Below, piece after piece: positions 52,375-64,000 of a stretch of DNA of 64,000 nucleotides (position 1 is its first letter; each line of letters begins with the position of its first letter). Position numbers and translations under genes: made by a program. The notes beneath the pieces were generated by a model, which had not been told where the DNA came from, did no database searches, and saw only the letters and a program-made list of their open reading frames with translations. This DNA comes from the human T2T-CHM13v2.0 reference genome, Homo sapiens: NCBI RefSeq assembly GCF_009914755.1, contig NC_060926.1. One strand, written 5' to 3'.

Positions 52375-54744
52375 ATTATCAATGATAAATAATTCAAATA
52401 TTATTATTTGACTTGGCCTAGACACTTGCCATTTGACTCATGTCAGTAAACAATCATTAAGGTTGGATAGGTCCTAATGGATGAGGTGCAATTGAGTTAT
52501 GGTCTTCACTAACAAACAGCTTACAAGATAGACCAATAAATAACCAAGTGAAACTCAAAGCAGAATGGGGCCTGAGGTCGGAGGAGGCATGGACTGTTCA
52601 GACAAAAGAGAAGCAGGCACATGGCAGTGATGCCTCTAGGGAATTCAAAGTTCTGAAGGGGGTTAGATTAGGTGACCTTTCAAGCCCATTTCAAGCCTTA
52701 TATTTCCATGACTCCTGCTGCTGAATAGAGTTGTAGCAACAAATTAAGTTTAAGATTTGTACCCTGTTGACTTCTTAAAGGACTTGTGACAGTGTATAGA
52801 TTAGAGCACAGTACAAGACAAGGCATTTAAGAATGGGAAAGAACAGAGTCCATCAGACAGAAGTGGGTTTTTTAAGCTTCAGAATTGAGTATGTTGAAAC
52901 TCTTGGGCTATAAATGTGTATTTTATCTTTTGATTATTATGGCCAAAAGGAAAAAAAAAGAAATATAGTTAAATAACCCTTTGGGGAGGGGGTGGGGAAA
53001 GAAGAAGGCAAACTTAAACAATAACTTAGTATCCAATTATTGAATAAAGAACATCCAACAACATAATGGCTAATAACCTCAGCTGTATTTTTGTAAAGAA
53101 TAGAGCAAATTTTAATAACAGTGATTGAAACACAAATACCACTCTGGTGAAAACTCATTGACTGAATCTTATTCTTCAGATTCTTCTTTCTCAAAGAACT
53201 ATCTCTTACAGAATTTTTACTGCAATTTAAAATGTTCCAGGGGTTATTTCTTTTTAAAGGAGTCTTTGGGCTATTATTCACCTCTTTGCACTAATCCCTT
53301 AGAATCTTTCTGAGCAAATTTAAATTATTCGTACCTTGGAAAAGAAATCCAAGTATTCAGTCCTTCACGAGACTGATTTAATACTATGATTTCCAAGTAA
53401 TTGAAGCATTGGCATCTGTGGATCTGATTAGTTACATCTGCTCAGAGGAAAGCCTGGATGGTCTTTCAGAAGGTATTGGGGGGGTGCCACGAAAGCATTC
53501 CTGGGGGCCCTCTCCCTCTACTCTTGAGAGATATCAGTAAGCATCTGACCCTAACAGGGTTTGCTGATGGTCCTTGCTGTGAATTCTGTCAGTTCTATGG
53601 AGAAAGTGCAGAGCCTCACTGCAAGGGACAATAACTTCACCTAAAAGAGTCAGAAGATGCAGTGACTTTTCTGCTGTGTACTTTTAGCATTATTGTATAT
53701 TAAGCTCTTTGATGTTAAAATGATAATTGCAGAGAAAGACTCCTATAGGACTATAAATTAAGGGGCATGCTTCCTCTGTCTGAGCTTTTTGTGCTTTATT
53801 CACATCAAAAGGCAATTACTTTTTGTGCACACTTAATCCCACCAGTTTAATGGGGCATGTAAAATATGCCTTGCAATTTGCCCTTAATCTTAAGCTTGCT
53901 GAAAATGAGGACCTGCTAACCATTTGGATTCTTAAAAACAACAGACTGCCCTTCAATAACTTAACCTTTGTTTAACTTGGCTAAACTAAACAATTTCTGA
54001 GAGTTGCATTCTTGGTGGTACCACGTTATTCTCACAGAAGATTTTCCTAAACATTATTAGGCTCCAAGGAAGGGCTGGATGCCGGGTGCTATATGGCACA
54101 GTACTGCCTGAAACTTCTTCACTGATGCCTGGGGAGGGTTTGCCTCATCTGCCAGCAAAGCCAGGGACAGGAGGCAAGAAATAATGTTGGTGTCAGAGTC
54201 AGCCCAACCTGTGTTTGGACACCAACCCCACGCTTACTGATGGACTGATGGGGTGAATTCACATAAATTAACCTCTCATCCTGTGTCTTCATCTGTAGAA
54301 CAGAGTAAGTATACCTTGGGGAGCAAGGAAGCTCATATAGGAACTCATATATGAAAACTGGCTTTCACATGCTACATTCTTAAATGGAAGGAGTAGTAGC
54401 CATCAGATAGTGGTTGTAGAAATAGTATTTCTATAATTAATGTTAAAATAACTATTTAGGATCCAAAAAGTGGCACTATGGATCAAAAACACTTAAGGGG
54501 AATGAGCTAATGTTTAAGGGACATGAGGGTCAAAAATCAGGAAAACAAAGACTAAACATCTCAGGCAAAACGCAGCAACAAGTTCCAAACAAGAAAACAG
54601 AAGCACCTGTCAGAAAGGAGCAAGTGAAAGCTCATGTAGAGTGGAGATAACACTGAGAACAAAGTGAGGAAGGTGTTGTTGCATGGCTAGGGAAAATGCA
54701 GAGGCGGTATTCAGAGCTGATTTTTATAGTTGTTCCAGTTAAAC

Positions 54745-55141
54745 TGTGCATTAATCAGCTCAGTCTGCCATAACAGGATATCATAGATTAGGTGGCTTAA
54801 ATGATGGAAATTTATTTTCTCACAGTCTGGAGGCTGGGAGTCCAAGATCAAGGTACCATCTGGGTTGCTTTCTGGTGAAACCTCTCCTCCCTTCTGTCTA
54901 TTCTCACATGGTCTTTCCTCTGAGCACATGCAGAGACAGTGAGTTGAGAGACAGAAAGAGAGAGCTCTGGTGTCTCTTCCTCTTCTTACAAGGGCACCAG
55001 TCATATCAGATTAGAGCCTCACCTTTATAACTTCATTGAACTTTAATTACTGTAAAAAAAAGTCCTATCGCCAAATGTAATCACACGGGAGGTTAGGGCT
55101 TCAATATATGAGTTTTGGGGGACAGAATTCATTCCACGGCA
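54745..55141 (-). mobile_element. MLT1A0/MSTC-type LTR
   Basis: 'CTGCCATAACAGG...CTCACAGTCTGGAGGCTGGGAGTCCAAGATCAAGG...TTTTGGGGGACA'. Confidence 0.8.
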
Positions 55142-55849
55142 GACAGATTAATCCTAAAGTGATGTTGTGTATCCCACAACTGTTTCCATTTCAATAAGGG
55201 CCTCTTAAAACAGAAAAGACATTGAAATCCAAACAAATGACGCATAAAAAGTAGAATTTTAGGCACAATCGTTAGATTATTAGGAAACTATTTGGGGGAT
55301 GGGGACTTTTCTGCTGCTTTCCAAATCACAAAGTGTAGTACCTCTCAATTCTACCTGTAAGTAAAGCCCTTCTGGCTTCTTGGTCTTTTCAGTTTAAGCT
55401 CTAGGGTCCTGCTTGAGTCTTTGTTCATTTAGCGGACTAAATTTTATTTCCTTTTATTATCCCTGGCTCCTGTCAGTTGCCCTAACATATCACAGTGAAG
55501 TGCTGATGAAATTAAACTTACAGATATCTTCAGGCCTTGACCTCAGGACACTTCATTTGTCTCTCTTCTCTATATCCCTGTTGATATCCAGTGTTGCCTT
55601 TGATTTAAGAAGACATGTCACACTGGGTGTTCCTGACCATTCCATGGAAAGACCTGCTGATTTGAATCAGAAATGTCATCTTGTGTCCAAGGAAATCAGT
55701 AGAGAGACCACCTACCTGGGTATCTAATGACCTGCACTCAAGTTGAGCTCTGCCAGGAAATTACTTTCAGATATTCATCAATTTCTTATCAATCTTAGGA
55801 CCTTAGTTCCCACATACAATAAAAGGGAGTTGGATAGGATCTAAATTGA

Positions 55850-56137
55850 GGCTGGCCATGATGAGTCATGCCTGTAATCCCAGCATTTTGGGAGGCCAAG
55901 TGAGGAGGATAGCTTTAGACCAGGAGTTCAACACCAGTCTGGGTAACCTGGCAAAACCCCATCTCTACAAAAAATATAAAACATTAGCCTGGCACGGTGG
56001 CACACACCTGTAGTCCTAACTACTTGGGTGGCTGCAGTGGGAAGATCACCTGAGCTCTGGAAGTCGAGGCTGCAGTAAGCCATGACCTTGACATTGGGTG
56101 AAATGAGTGAGATCCTGTCTCAAAAAAAAAAAAAAAA
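55850..56137 (+). mobile_element. AluJ
   Basis: Diverged Alu with an A-tail. TSD ATCTAAATTGA (55839-55849) / ATCTAAGTTGA (56138-56148). Confidence 0.9.
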
Positions 56138-57090
56138 ATCTAAGTTGAATATATCTAGAATTTATGACAGTATGGTCTCATCGTTTGGGGTTTTAGGATA
56201 CTCATAGAATGTAGATTGGAAGACAGCTGCCCAGAATGAGCTATAAGGATGATATACCTTCATCTAATATCCACCTTCATGCTTATAGAAAGAGCCATAC
56301 GATATTTAAGAGGATGAGGAGGGCGAAGTGAGAAAACAGGGCCGAAGAGGAGTATACAGCAGTATGAATGATTGCCTATTTGACTTTCAGGTGATATTAT
56401 GCCAAACGCACCACTACTAAGTATTGATTTCATGTGACATGATTTGGTCATTAGACATGGGATTACACTTGGAAGGTTTCTAAGGGAAGATTAACTTTGA
56501 ACAGAATTTTGGAAGATAACTTTCTGTGTGTGTGTGTACAAATAATAATATTGTATGTCTGCCTTCTTAGAAGCCCCTAAGACCCCTAACTTCTTTTCCC
56601 AAGTCATCTCCAATTGATGTTAATACAGAAAGATTTCTATAACAACATCATCTTTGTTCTAAGCAAGTAGAAAGGAGATCCTAGGGAGGTAAATTCAGAA
56701 GATCAGAGTGAAAAAGAATCTTCAAGAGGGAGAGGAGCATTAGACATCCAAGATAAAACCAGGAGGTAGGACAGTAGTGCTTAGGTTGAAGAAAGTACAG
56801 AGGAGATGTCCTTGTCAATGAGAAGGAATGTGTTGGAGAAGGGACTCTATGAATATGGTGTTTAAGAATTCTTTGCATAGCAAGTAATAGGAAACCAAAC
56901 TCCAACTCACTTGTGCCAAAAGAGAATGCTTCATCTTTGGGGGCTGAAGAATCCAAGGGAAAAGCTTAGGCATTGCATGTAGAAGAAAATAACATATCCG
57001 CAGCTTCTTCTTTGACCTTTAACTTTTGTCCTTCCAGAATATTTAGGAATGTCTCATAGAACCTTATCTACAGTTCAGAAAATAGGGTTT

Positions 57091-57463
57091 TGTTACAGGC
57101 TGAATTGTGTCCTCTCAAAATTTGTAAGTTGAAGTCCTAACCCCCAGTGCCTCCGAATGTGGGCTTGTTTGGAGCCAGGGTCTTTAAAGAAGTAGTTAAA
57201 TTAAAATGAAGGCATATGAGTGAACCCTAATCTAATGGGACTGGTGTCCTTATAAAACGAGGAAGTGTGGCTACTACAGAGAGAAAACCATATGAAGACA
57301 CAGGAAAAAGATGGCCATTTGCAAACCAAAAAGAGAGGCCTCAGAAGAAGTGGACCCTGCCAACACCTTAAACTAAGACTTGAAAAATTGTGAGAATGAA
57401 TTTCTGTTGTTTTAGCCACACGATCTTTGGTACTTGTTAGAGCAGCCATAGCAGATTAATACA
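57091..57463 (+). mobile_element. MLT1B-type LTR
   Basis: TGTTACAGGCTGAATTGTGTCC...GACTGGTGTCCTTATAA...GCAGCCATAGCAGATTAATACA. Confidence 0.85.
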
Positions 57464-58419
57464 GGCTATAAGATGCTTGATTCTGAATTTTAGAATTTTC
57501 AGCATTGGAATAGTGACTACCATTGAAAGAATCTTTGTCTAGGCACCTGGAAACTAAGATATGAAGAGAGATGTTCACAGCAGGCCAATGCCCTGATGCA
57601 AATGGATCACAGTAAATTCATCCTACTAATCCTAACGATCAGCCAAGTTATGGATGCTTCACCTTTGTAGGAAGCAATTCATTTCAGAGGATGTCTAGAG
57701 CCTTGAGACTTCATCTGCATATTAATTGCAAATATGATATTCTTGTACAAGGCTGCTTAGTGTTTTTATTCTTAATTAAAGACAACTGTATGTCTGATGT
57801 TTTCCCTCTGGCTATTAGTCATTGTATTTGCACACAGGGCATTTTATTTCCCTTGATTCTTAACTAATTTTTTCTCTGCCAACCTCATAAGAAACAACAG
57901 TGTTTATTTCCAAAAATTTGTGGCAAAAAATTACTATAATCATTGAAAAAAAAACCCAAGCCTCCCAGTGTATGGGAAAGTACAATGCCTTTATAAGGCA
58001 AGAATGCTAGGCAGGGAGAGACTGTTCCATTCTCCGAAAATGGCCAACTTTTCCCACTCCCCACTCTCTAAAAGAGGCTGAGACAGAATCAGAGAGGGCT
58101 TCTGATTGGCTGGCCCTTCAGATTTTACAATGTTTCCACTGAGAATTAACCTCCAAAAACTCACCCAGGAATCTCAGGCCCACAATGCTTGTGAATGTCT
58201 TTCTGGAAGTCAGCTGGCAGGTAAGAAGCCATCTACATCCTCATCCTCATCCTCCTGCATTTTACTTGCCTCTAAGCATAGCTTACATTAGACTTAAGAA
58301 TTCTGTTTCCAGCCACAAACTTGATCCTTGTAATTCAATCATAATCAAGTTTCCAACGGGAAAAATCATTTGCAGAATACTTGCCTTTCTATTTTTGTTT
58401 CTGTTGTTATTTTTTTTCC

Positions 58420-58820
58420 TTGTAGAAATAATATTATATCTTAAATTCATTTCTTCACATTTCTGGAAACATAGAAAACATATTTTCCACCACCTAGGGT
58501 GTCAGGGTGGGCCATCTGACCAGGTCTGGAAAATGGAGTGTGGGAGAAATGATGTACTCTTTGCCCACGTTGACCCCATATAAAGCATCTCCCAGGTGTG
58601 AGCCTCCCTCTTTACTGGTGACATGTGAGGATAATTGTGTCCCAGGGTGGAAGCAGTCTGGACCCCCAACTATTCTTCAAGGAGCTCTCCCAGGACATCC
58701 AACCAACCAGAGACATCTGCATTGGAATTTGTGTGAATAAAAAGTTTTCTGTACAATATGACACTTTAGCATTGTGGAGTATAAGAGCTAGTAGATTTTT
58801 CTTTTTTACCTTAAACAATA
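58420..58820 (+). mobile_element. Old MLT1 (I/J-like) LTR
   Basis: 'CATCTGACCAGGTCTGGAAAATGGAGTGTG', 'GGAAGCAGTCTGGACCCC', and an end 'TTACCTTAAACAATACA'. Confidence 0.5.
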
Positions 58821-59280
58821 CAAAATTTTTTTTATTTGTATAGGAATGGTGATGGCCCTCAAAGGCTGAGTCCCTGTGAAGAAGAGAACATATTAAGATA
58901 ATTTCAATTACACAGTAGCTTAAGAAATATTAAGTTGAGTCAGTCATATAATCCCTCTAAATCCAATCCTTTTCTTATCCTGCCTTCTTCAACCTCCAAA
59001 TCCAATCAGCAGTGGAGAAAGCTATTTCTTGTTAGTCTTATGTACCTGCCCAAGCTGTGAGTGAGAATGGCAGAGTACTTCAGCAGGGCCACTGGTCTGA
59101 GAGCTGTGAAACTGAGTTGGAGTCCCAGTGGTGCACTGACCTGCTGTGGGACCATGAATAAGTGATTTCCCTCTTTATATTATAAGCACAAAGGTACACT
59201 TGTCATATCAAGAGTTTGAACTAATTTTAGCTGAGCTCTACTCTGCTCTTCACATATTTTTAGACTCAACTTCTCAAATT

Positions 59281-59590
59281 CAGAGCTTAAAACCCAGAAG
59301 CCTATGAATGTGCAAATGAATTTTATTTGGATTGCATCATGTCTTAAAAATAAATATATATATACCTATATATACATATATAATACCTATATATATATAA
59401 ACTCAAGCTTAAGCTTCACCAACAGCATTTGCTTTTTTCCTATGACAACAAATAATTGGAGCTGAGTAGCCAGCTGCCCTGTTTAGATGAGTTGTGTGTT
59501 TTCTGTTTGACACAGTTCCCACTACTCCCTAATGTTACACATTGGGCTAATTCTATCCACCTGGCCAGTGTAGACATTGGAGTTTGCATC
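59281..59590. mobile_element. MER45-like hAT-Tip100 fossil
   Basis: The right end 'CCTGGCCAGTGTAGACATTGGAGTTTGCATC' resembles the MER45 terminal sequence. Confidence 0.4.
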
Positions 59591-59909
59591 AAAGTTAGAG
59601 TTCACTTTAACCTTTCTTAAACCTGACAACACTAGGGATCCAGGAGGAAAGTCAATACTGAGACAGAACTTTGATACAAACTTGGCAAAGCCAGGATTTG
59701 CTGCCAGCTAAAGGAAACCAATCTTGAGAGCAAGCATCGGGGTCTGCATCTGTCTGACACCCTAGAGAAAGATGATAAGTTGAAGCAAAATAATTATAAT
59801 CACTCATAAACAGTTTCAAATACACTATAGCATCTTTGCCACATCCTTGATAAGTCAGGCATCTTAAACTATTAAGTTCTTCTTCCATAAAAAAGAAAGA
59901 AAACAAAAC

Positions 59910-60270
59910 AATGGAGACATTAAAAAGATCAGTGGTTGCCAGGGGTTGGGGTAGAAGAAGGGATGACTAGGGGAGCACAGACGATGTTTAATGCAGTGAA
60001 AGTACTCTGTGCGATACTATGGTAGATACCTGTCGTTATACACTTGTCCAGGTCCACAGAACCTACAACAGCAAGTGTAAATCCTAATGTAAACTATCGA
60101 TTTTGTATGTCTATGGTGTGTCATTGTAGGTGAATCCTTTGTAATAAATGCATCGCTCTGGGGATAATGGGGGCAGCTCTGCATGTGTGGGCACAGAGAG
60201 TATATGTGAGTATGTGAAATTGATGGGAAACTTAAACTGCTCTAAAAAATTGTCTTTAATTTTTTAAAAA
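59910..60270 (+). mobile_element. L1MC1-like 3'UTR fragment
   Basis: 'AAAAGATCAGTGGTTGCCAGGGG...GTGTAAATCCTAATGTAAACTAT...AACTTAAACTGCTCTAAAAAAT'. Confidence 0.8.
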
Positions 60271-61695
60271 TTGAAAAACATAAAAGGGCCCATTTGAGAA
60301 TTAAATGAGATGGTTTTTATGTAAACCACAGGGCCTAGTACAAAATAGCCTTCATTAAATGGTAGCCACCACTATCATCATAATTGGTAAAAGTGATTTG
60401 CAGGTATATAGCAATGAAACTTGACTGGGGAGGAGTTGTGAGATAAAAGTGGGGATCTGGGCTTCATTACTGGTACCTGGGGAGACACTTTCTATAAGGG
60501 AAAGGAAGGTAAATTTGCCAGCTCATACCTAAGTTTGTGCTTAACACTCATGTACAGGCAACCATCTATAATCCTCTCTCTTTCAAAACGTCAAGTAAAA
60601 TGGGTAAAACCCTTGCTCAGTATCTTTCAGATCACATGCCACTCTTCTGAGAACTTTCCTATTTCAAACTTTATTTTAACTTGTTTCCACCCATATTATA
60701 AAATTGGGATCAAGGAGGAGAACCATAACAAAGAGAATGGTTAAGGAAACTAGTATTGACAAAGCACCCACTGTGTGCCCAGCACTGGGCTTGGTACTGT
60801 CCTCCTAAGAATACTGCACATTTGATGTTGTAAATTCCATTTGACTGATCATGAAACTCAGATTCAAAAAGGTTAAGTGACATTTTTTTTGTTTTGCTTT
60901 CATAAGTGCACTTATCAATACGTTAAATCCTTTTTTAAAAAAATCAATTGCTGGTTTGCTTTGCTGCCTATTTGCCCTACTCCGACATAGTTTCACATGA
61001 GATGAGATCCTATTTTCTTCCATATTTTATACCCAGTGCCTAAACAGTACTTGGCAACATAAATAATTGTTGAGTGCATGAATTTTTAATTAATGAGTGA
61101 ATGAGTGAATGAAAACTGCCTAGAGATAATTTTGATTCCTGGCATGCCTGCTTCTAAGTCCACACTCGATCTATTTGACCATGAAGTTGACTGCTCAGAG
61201 GCTTCCTGGGTGATGTAACTGTGCCAGGGGAAGCACAGACATTACAGGCCTCTGGCCTTCCCATCTTTTTCCACTGGTTATGAAAAAAAAGGTGTTTTAT
61301 CTCTCTCCTTCTTCCAAAAATGCCTCCTTTTGTAAGTTTTAAATACTAATGATATTAGTTGTTTCTATACTATCATCTATTTGCTGGAAATCTTTGTCCA
61401 TGTGCCATATGTGAAGTATCAAGAAGAAGATGGCACTAATGCAGAGTCATCTACTGCCTCAGCCAAAAGCCTCTTGGACACTTCATCTGGGAGGAGGAGA
61501 CATTCACAGGCATGGTTAGCCGGTCCTGAGCATGAATTAGACTTGGAAGAATGACAATTCACGTTGCTATTCACATCTAGCAGTGCCAGGTCATCTTACC
61601 CCTGCAGATTTTACTGGCTCCATTGCAATGGAAGCATTAAATTAAAGGTGTTTTCTCATCCATACTCCCATTTTATCCTCAAAGAACTTCATGCA

Positions 61696-61856
61696 TTGGG
61701 ATTCACAATGATAGAGACAATAAAAATGCTATTTATTCATCCATGTATCATTATAATACTATTAAAATTAATGATGATAAGTTATGTATTGAATGACCAC
61801 TGTAATGTAGCCACTCCATGGGCCCTTCAAAGTGTTATAGCATTTCACTGTCAGTG
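61696..61856 (+). repeat. Dispersed direct repeat, copy 1 (about 160 bp)
   Basis: Aligns end to end with 62846-63008. Confidence 0.95.
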
Positions 61857-62845
61857 ATGTTAGGTCCCACTTTGCAGGTCACAAAATAAGAGCTCAACAA
61901 AAAGTTATCAGCAGAGGTAGAGCTCAGACACTTGAATTATATTTTTAATGAGCCATGCAAAATCTTGGCCTCTACATTTATTCCACACAAATGTAATGAA
62001 GTCTTAATATGTTCTGGGTTCCCAGGTAAATATAAGGATGCAGAGCCAAGCAGTTTGGTATGGGGGAGATAACACAGCCATTAGTGTCATGGAGACCTGG
62101 CACTTTAATTCCTAAGCCTGTGACCAGAATCAAATTTAGTAGCATTTCTCAACCTCTATTTTCTCATTTGCAAAATAGGAACACTGATACCTGCTGTCTA
62201 CCTTGCCATGAGACTTAAAACAGATAATGTGCGTAAAATGTTTTGCATTGTGTTTTCCCTTCCTGCCACCTGTCAACGACACAGTCATTTCTTCAAGGAG
62301 TTTGCATTCTAGAAACACGGTTTAGGTGCGTACCTCAAGGTCTGCCAACAAAGGGCAAATGCCAAAACATATATTCTCGTGGGTGGCTCTTTTAACCTCA
62401 AACACGCACAAAGAGGTGGGGATTTTTCTGACGTTTTCCAACTATCCTTAAACATGACTGTCAATAACGCTAATGAGGATCTCACCAGCCACCGTATTTC
62501 ATTAAAAGTAAAGATTTTGTCTTAAAACAGTAATATATTGCTGTTGTTCATTCAAGAAAATTATCTTCCTTTTGGACAGAGGATAGCTATTGGGTGGGAG
62601 ATGGGAACAAGACAGCAAACTACAAAATAAACGTAGTCCATGTCATAAAGTACACCAAATACCATACTAAAGTTTCTGATTTTCATTAGAAAAGGGAACA
62701 AAGAGGAAACCAACAGTTTCAGAAGACAAATGATACATTCAGTTTAATGAGATATGGATCCAGCCTTCAAGGAAATCCTGGTAACTACAGCACCCAGCAT
62801 GTATTATGAAAGAACCTACAGATATCTGATCTCCCCAACCTGATT

Positions 62846-63008
62846 TTGGGATTCACAATGATAGAGACAATAAAAAAGCTATTCACCCATGTATCATTAT
62901 AATAATATTAATAATAAAATTAATAATGATAAGTTATGTATTGAATGACCATTATAACGTAGCCACTCTATGGGCCGTTCAAATTGTTATAGCATTTCAC
63001 TGTCAGTG
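62846..63008 (+). repeat. Dispersed direct repeat, copy 2
   Basis: Shares TTGGGATTCACAATGATAGAGACAATAAAAA...GTTATAGCATTTCACTGTCAGTG with 61696-61856. Confidence 0.95.
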
Positions 63009-63397
63009 GCTAAAACTTAGCAAGGTCCCAGTCAGTGTTTTATTATAATGATGATGCTTAAGTGGCTTAAATCCAAGACATATCCCAGCTTAGTGGGGTT
63101 GCAGCTCTGTTATGTTTTATTGATCACTGTCAGAGATTTCCAGAACTTTGATGTAATAGGGCAGCATGATAGAGTGAAATTCAACAGAGTGGAGCTCTTG
63201 TCCCGCCTTAATTATTGTCAACTCTCTGAATCTTAGTTCCCTCATTTGTAAAAATTAAGACTTGTCTGGATGCTCTTCCAAATCCTACTCAGCTTAAACA
63301 GTCTGACATTCTGAGAGGAATGGCTGATACTTTCCTGAAGATCTTAATCCTTTGGTAACAGTGGTAGTTATGTCATTTGTTTCCTGGGAACCTGACA

Positions 63398-63416
63398 TAG
63401 CGCCCCCTCCAGCTGA
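63398..63416 (-). promoter_or_regulatory. Candidate CTCF motif
   Basis: The reverse complement TCAGCTGGAGGGGGCGCTA matches the 3' 11 bases of the CTCF consensus TGGCCACCAGGGGGCGCTA exactly; the 5' half is partial. Motif only, no binding data. Confidence 0.4.
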
Positions 63417-64000
63417 GCAGAGAAGCTCTTGGCCCATTCTGTACATGACCCTGCTGGACTTTCCAATTGTGTTAATTGGATGCTTTGAACCAGAGAGACC
63501 TGCACCTGGCTTCTCCCATGAGCAAGATCACACATTCTCCAAATAAAATGAGAGAGTGGTTGTCTCCATATGAGGTTGGCTGGTTTTTGTGGATTTGCAC
63601 CCTCTACTGTGGTCTAATTTTCACATCACTTAGTGCTTGCATGAAAGCGTTTCACATTTCTAGGAAAAACGATTTCATCTCTCCTCATCCAATACAATTT
63701 TTCCCACACTACCATAGATATCATTATCACATCTTTCAACCCTTACTATCAGACCTTAAAAGTAAATAAACAGATAAGTACATCATTTATGCAGCTACAG
63801 AAGATAAGGATTTAAGTGCAACACCACTCACTGATACAGAAAGTGAAAAATAAGACTACCCGACACTGGAGAGGGATAACCAAAGGACATCTTTAAGACA
63901 GTTGTCAAAGATGAATTTTTAAACCCATCAAATTTGTCAAAGATAGATTTTCAGAGGGGATGAGTAACCATTTTGAAACCCAAGATGAGACCAAGAAGGA

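Noticed and set aside
52983-52997. G-quadruplex
   Set aside because: Only three G-runs; insufficient for a canonical intramolecular G4.
53397-53472. Possible short coding exon (VIEALASVDLISYICSEESLDGLSE followed by G|GTATTG)
   Set aside because: Weak acceptor with no polypyrimidine tract, a weak donor and no recognisable protein similarity.

Overview
This window is primate (human-like) nuclear DNA, AT-rich and dominated by old interspersed repeats: L1 (PA/PB/MA/MC/MD-type), Alu (J and S), ERV1 MER4-group proviral remnants and solo LTRs, MaLR LTRs, L2/MIR, and hAT/Tigger fossils. I find no credible host protein-coding exon, RNA gene or CpG island. The ORF track is explained by decayed repeats, microsatellites and chance, and I see no evidence of a new functional gene system. 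The most informative structures are: (1) an L1PB1-type insertion (46063-48942) with a perfect 17-bp target-site duplication (TSD) enclosing both a twin-priming inversion and a ~100-bp apparent 3' transduction with its own ATTAAA and A-tail; (2) a 17-unit 22-bp VNTR with a binary A/G code inside an ancient MLT1 LTR; (3) a nested ERV cluster (541-5537) containing a minimised protease/integrase/env-TM remnant; (4) two local duplications (a 132-bp tandem and a ~160-bp copy displaced by ~1.15 kb); and (5) a candidate CTCF plus STAT-type motif pair. Repeat subfamily names come from recalled consensus sequences, not a database search, and the boundaries of old repeats are approximate.
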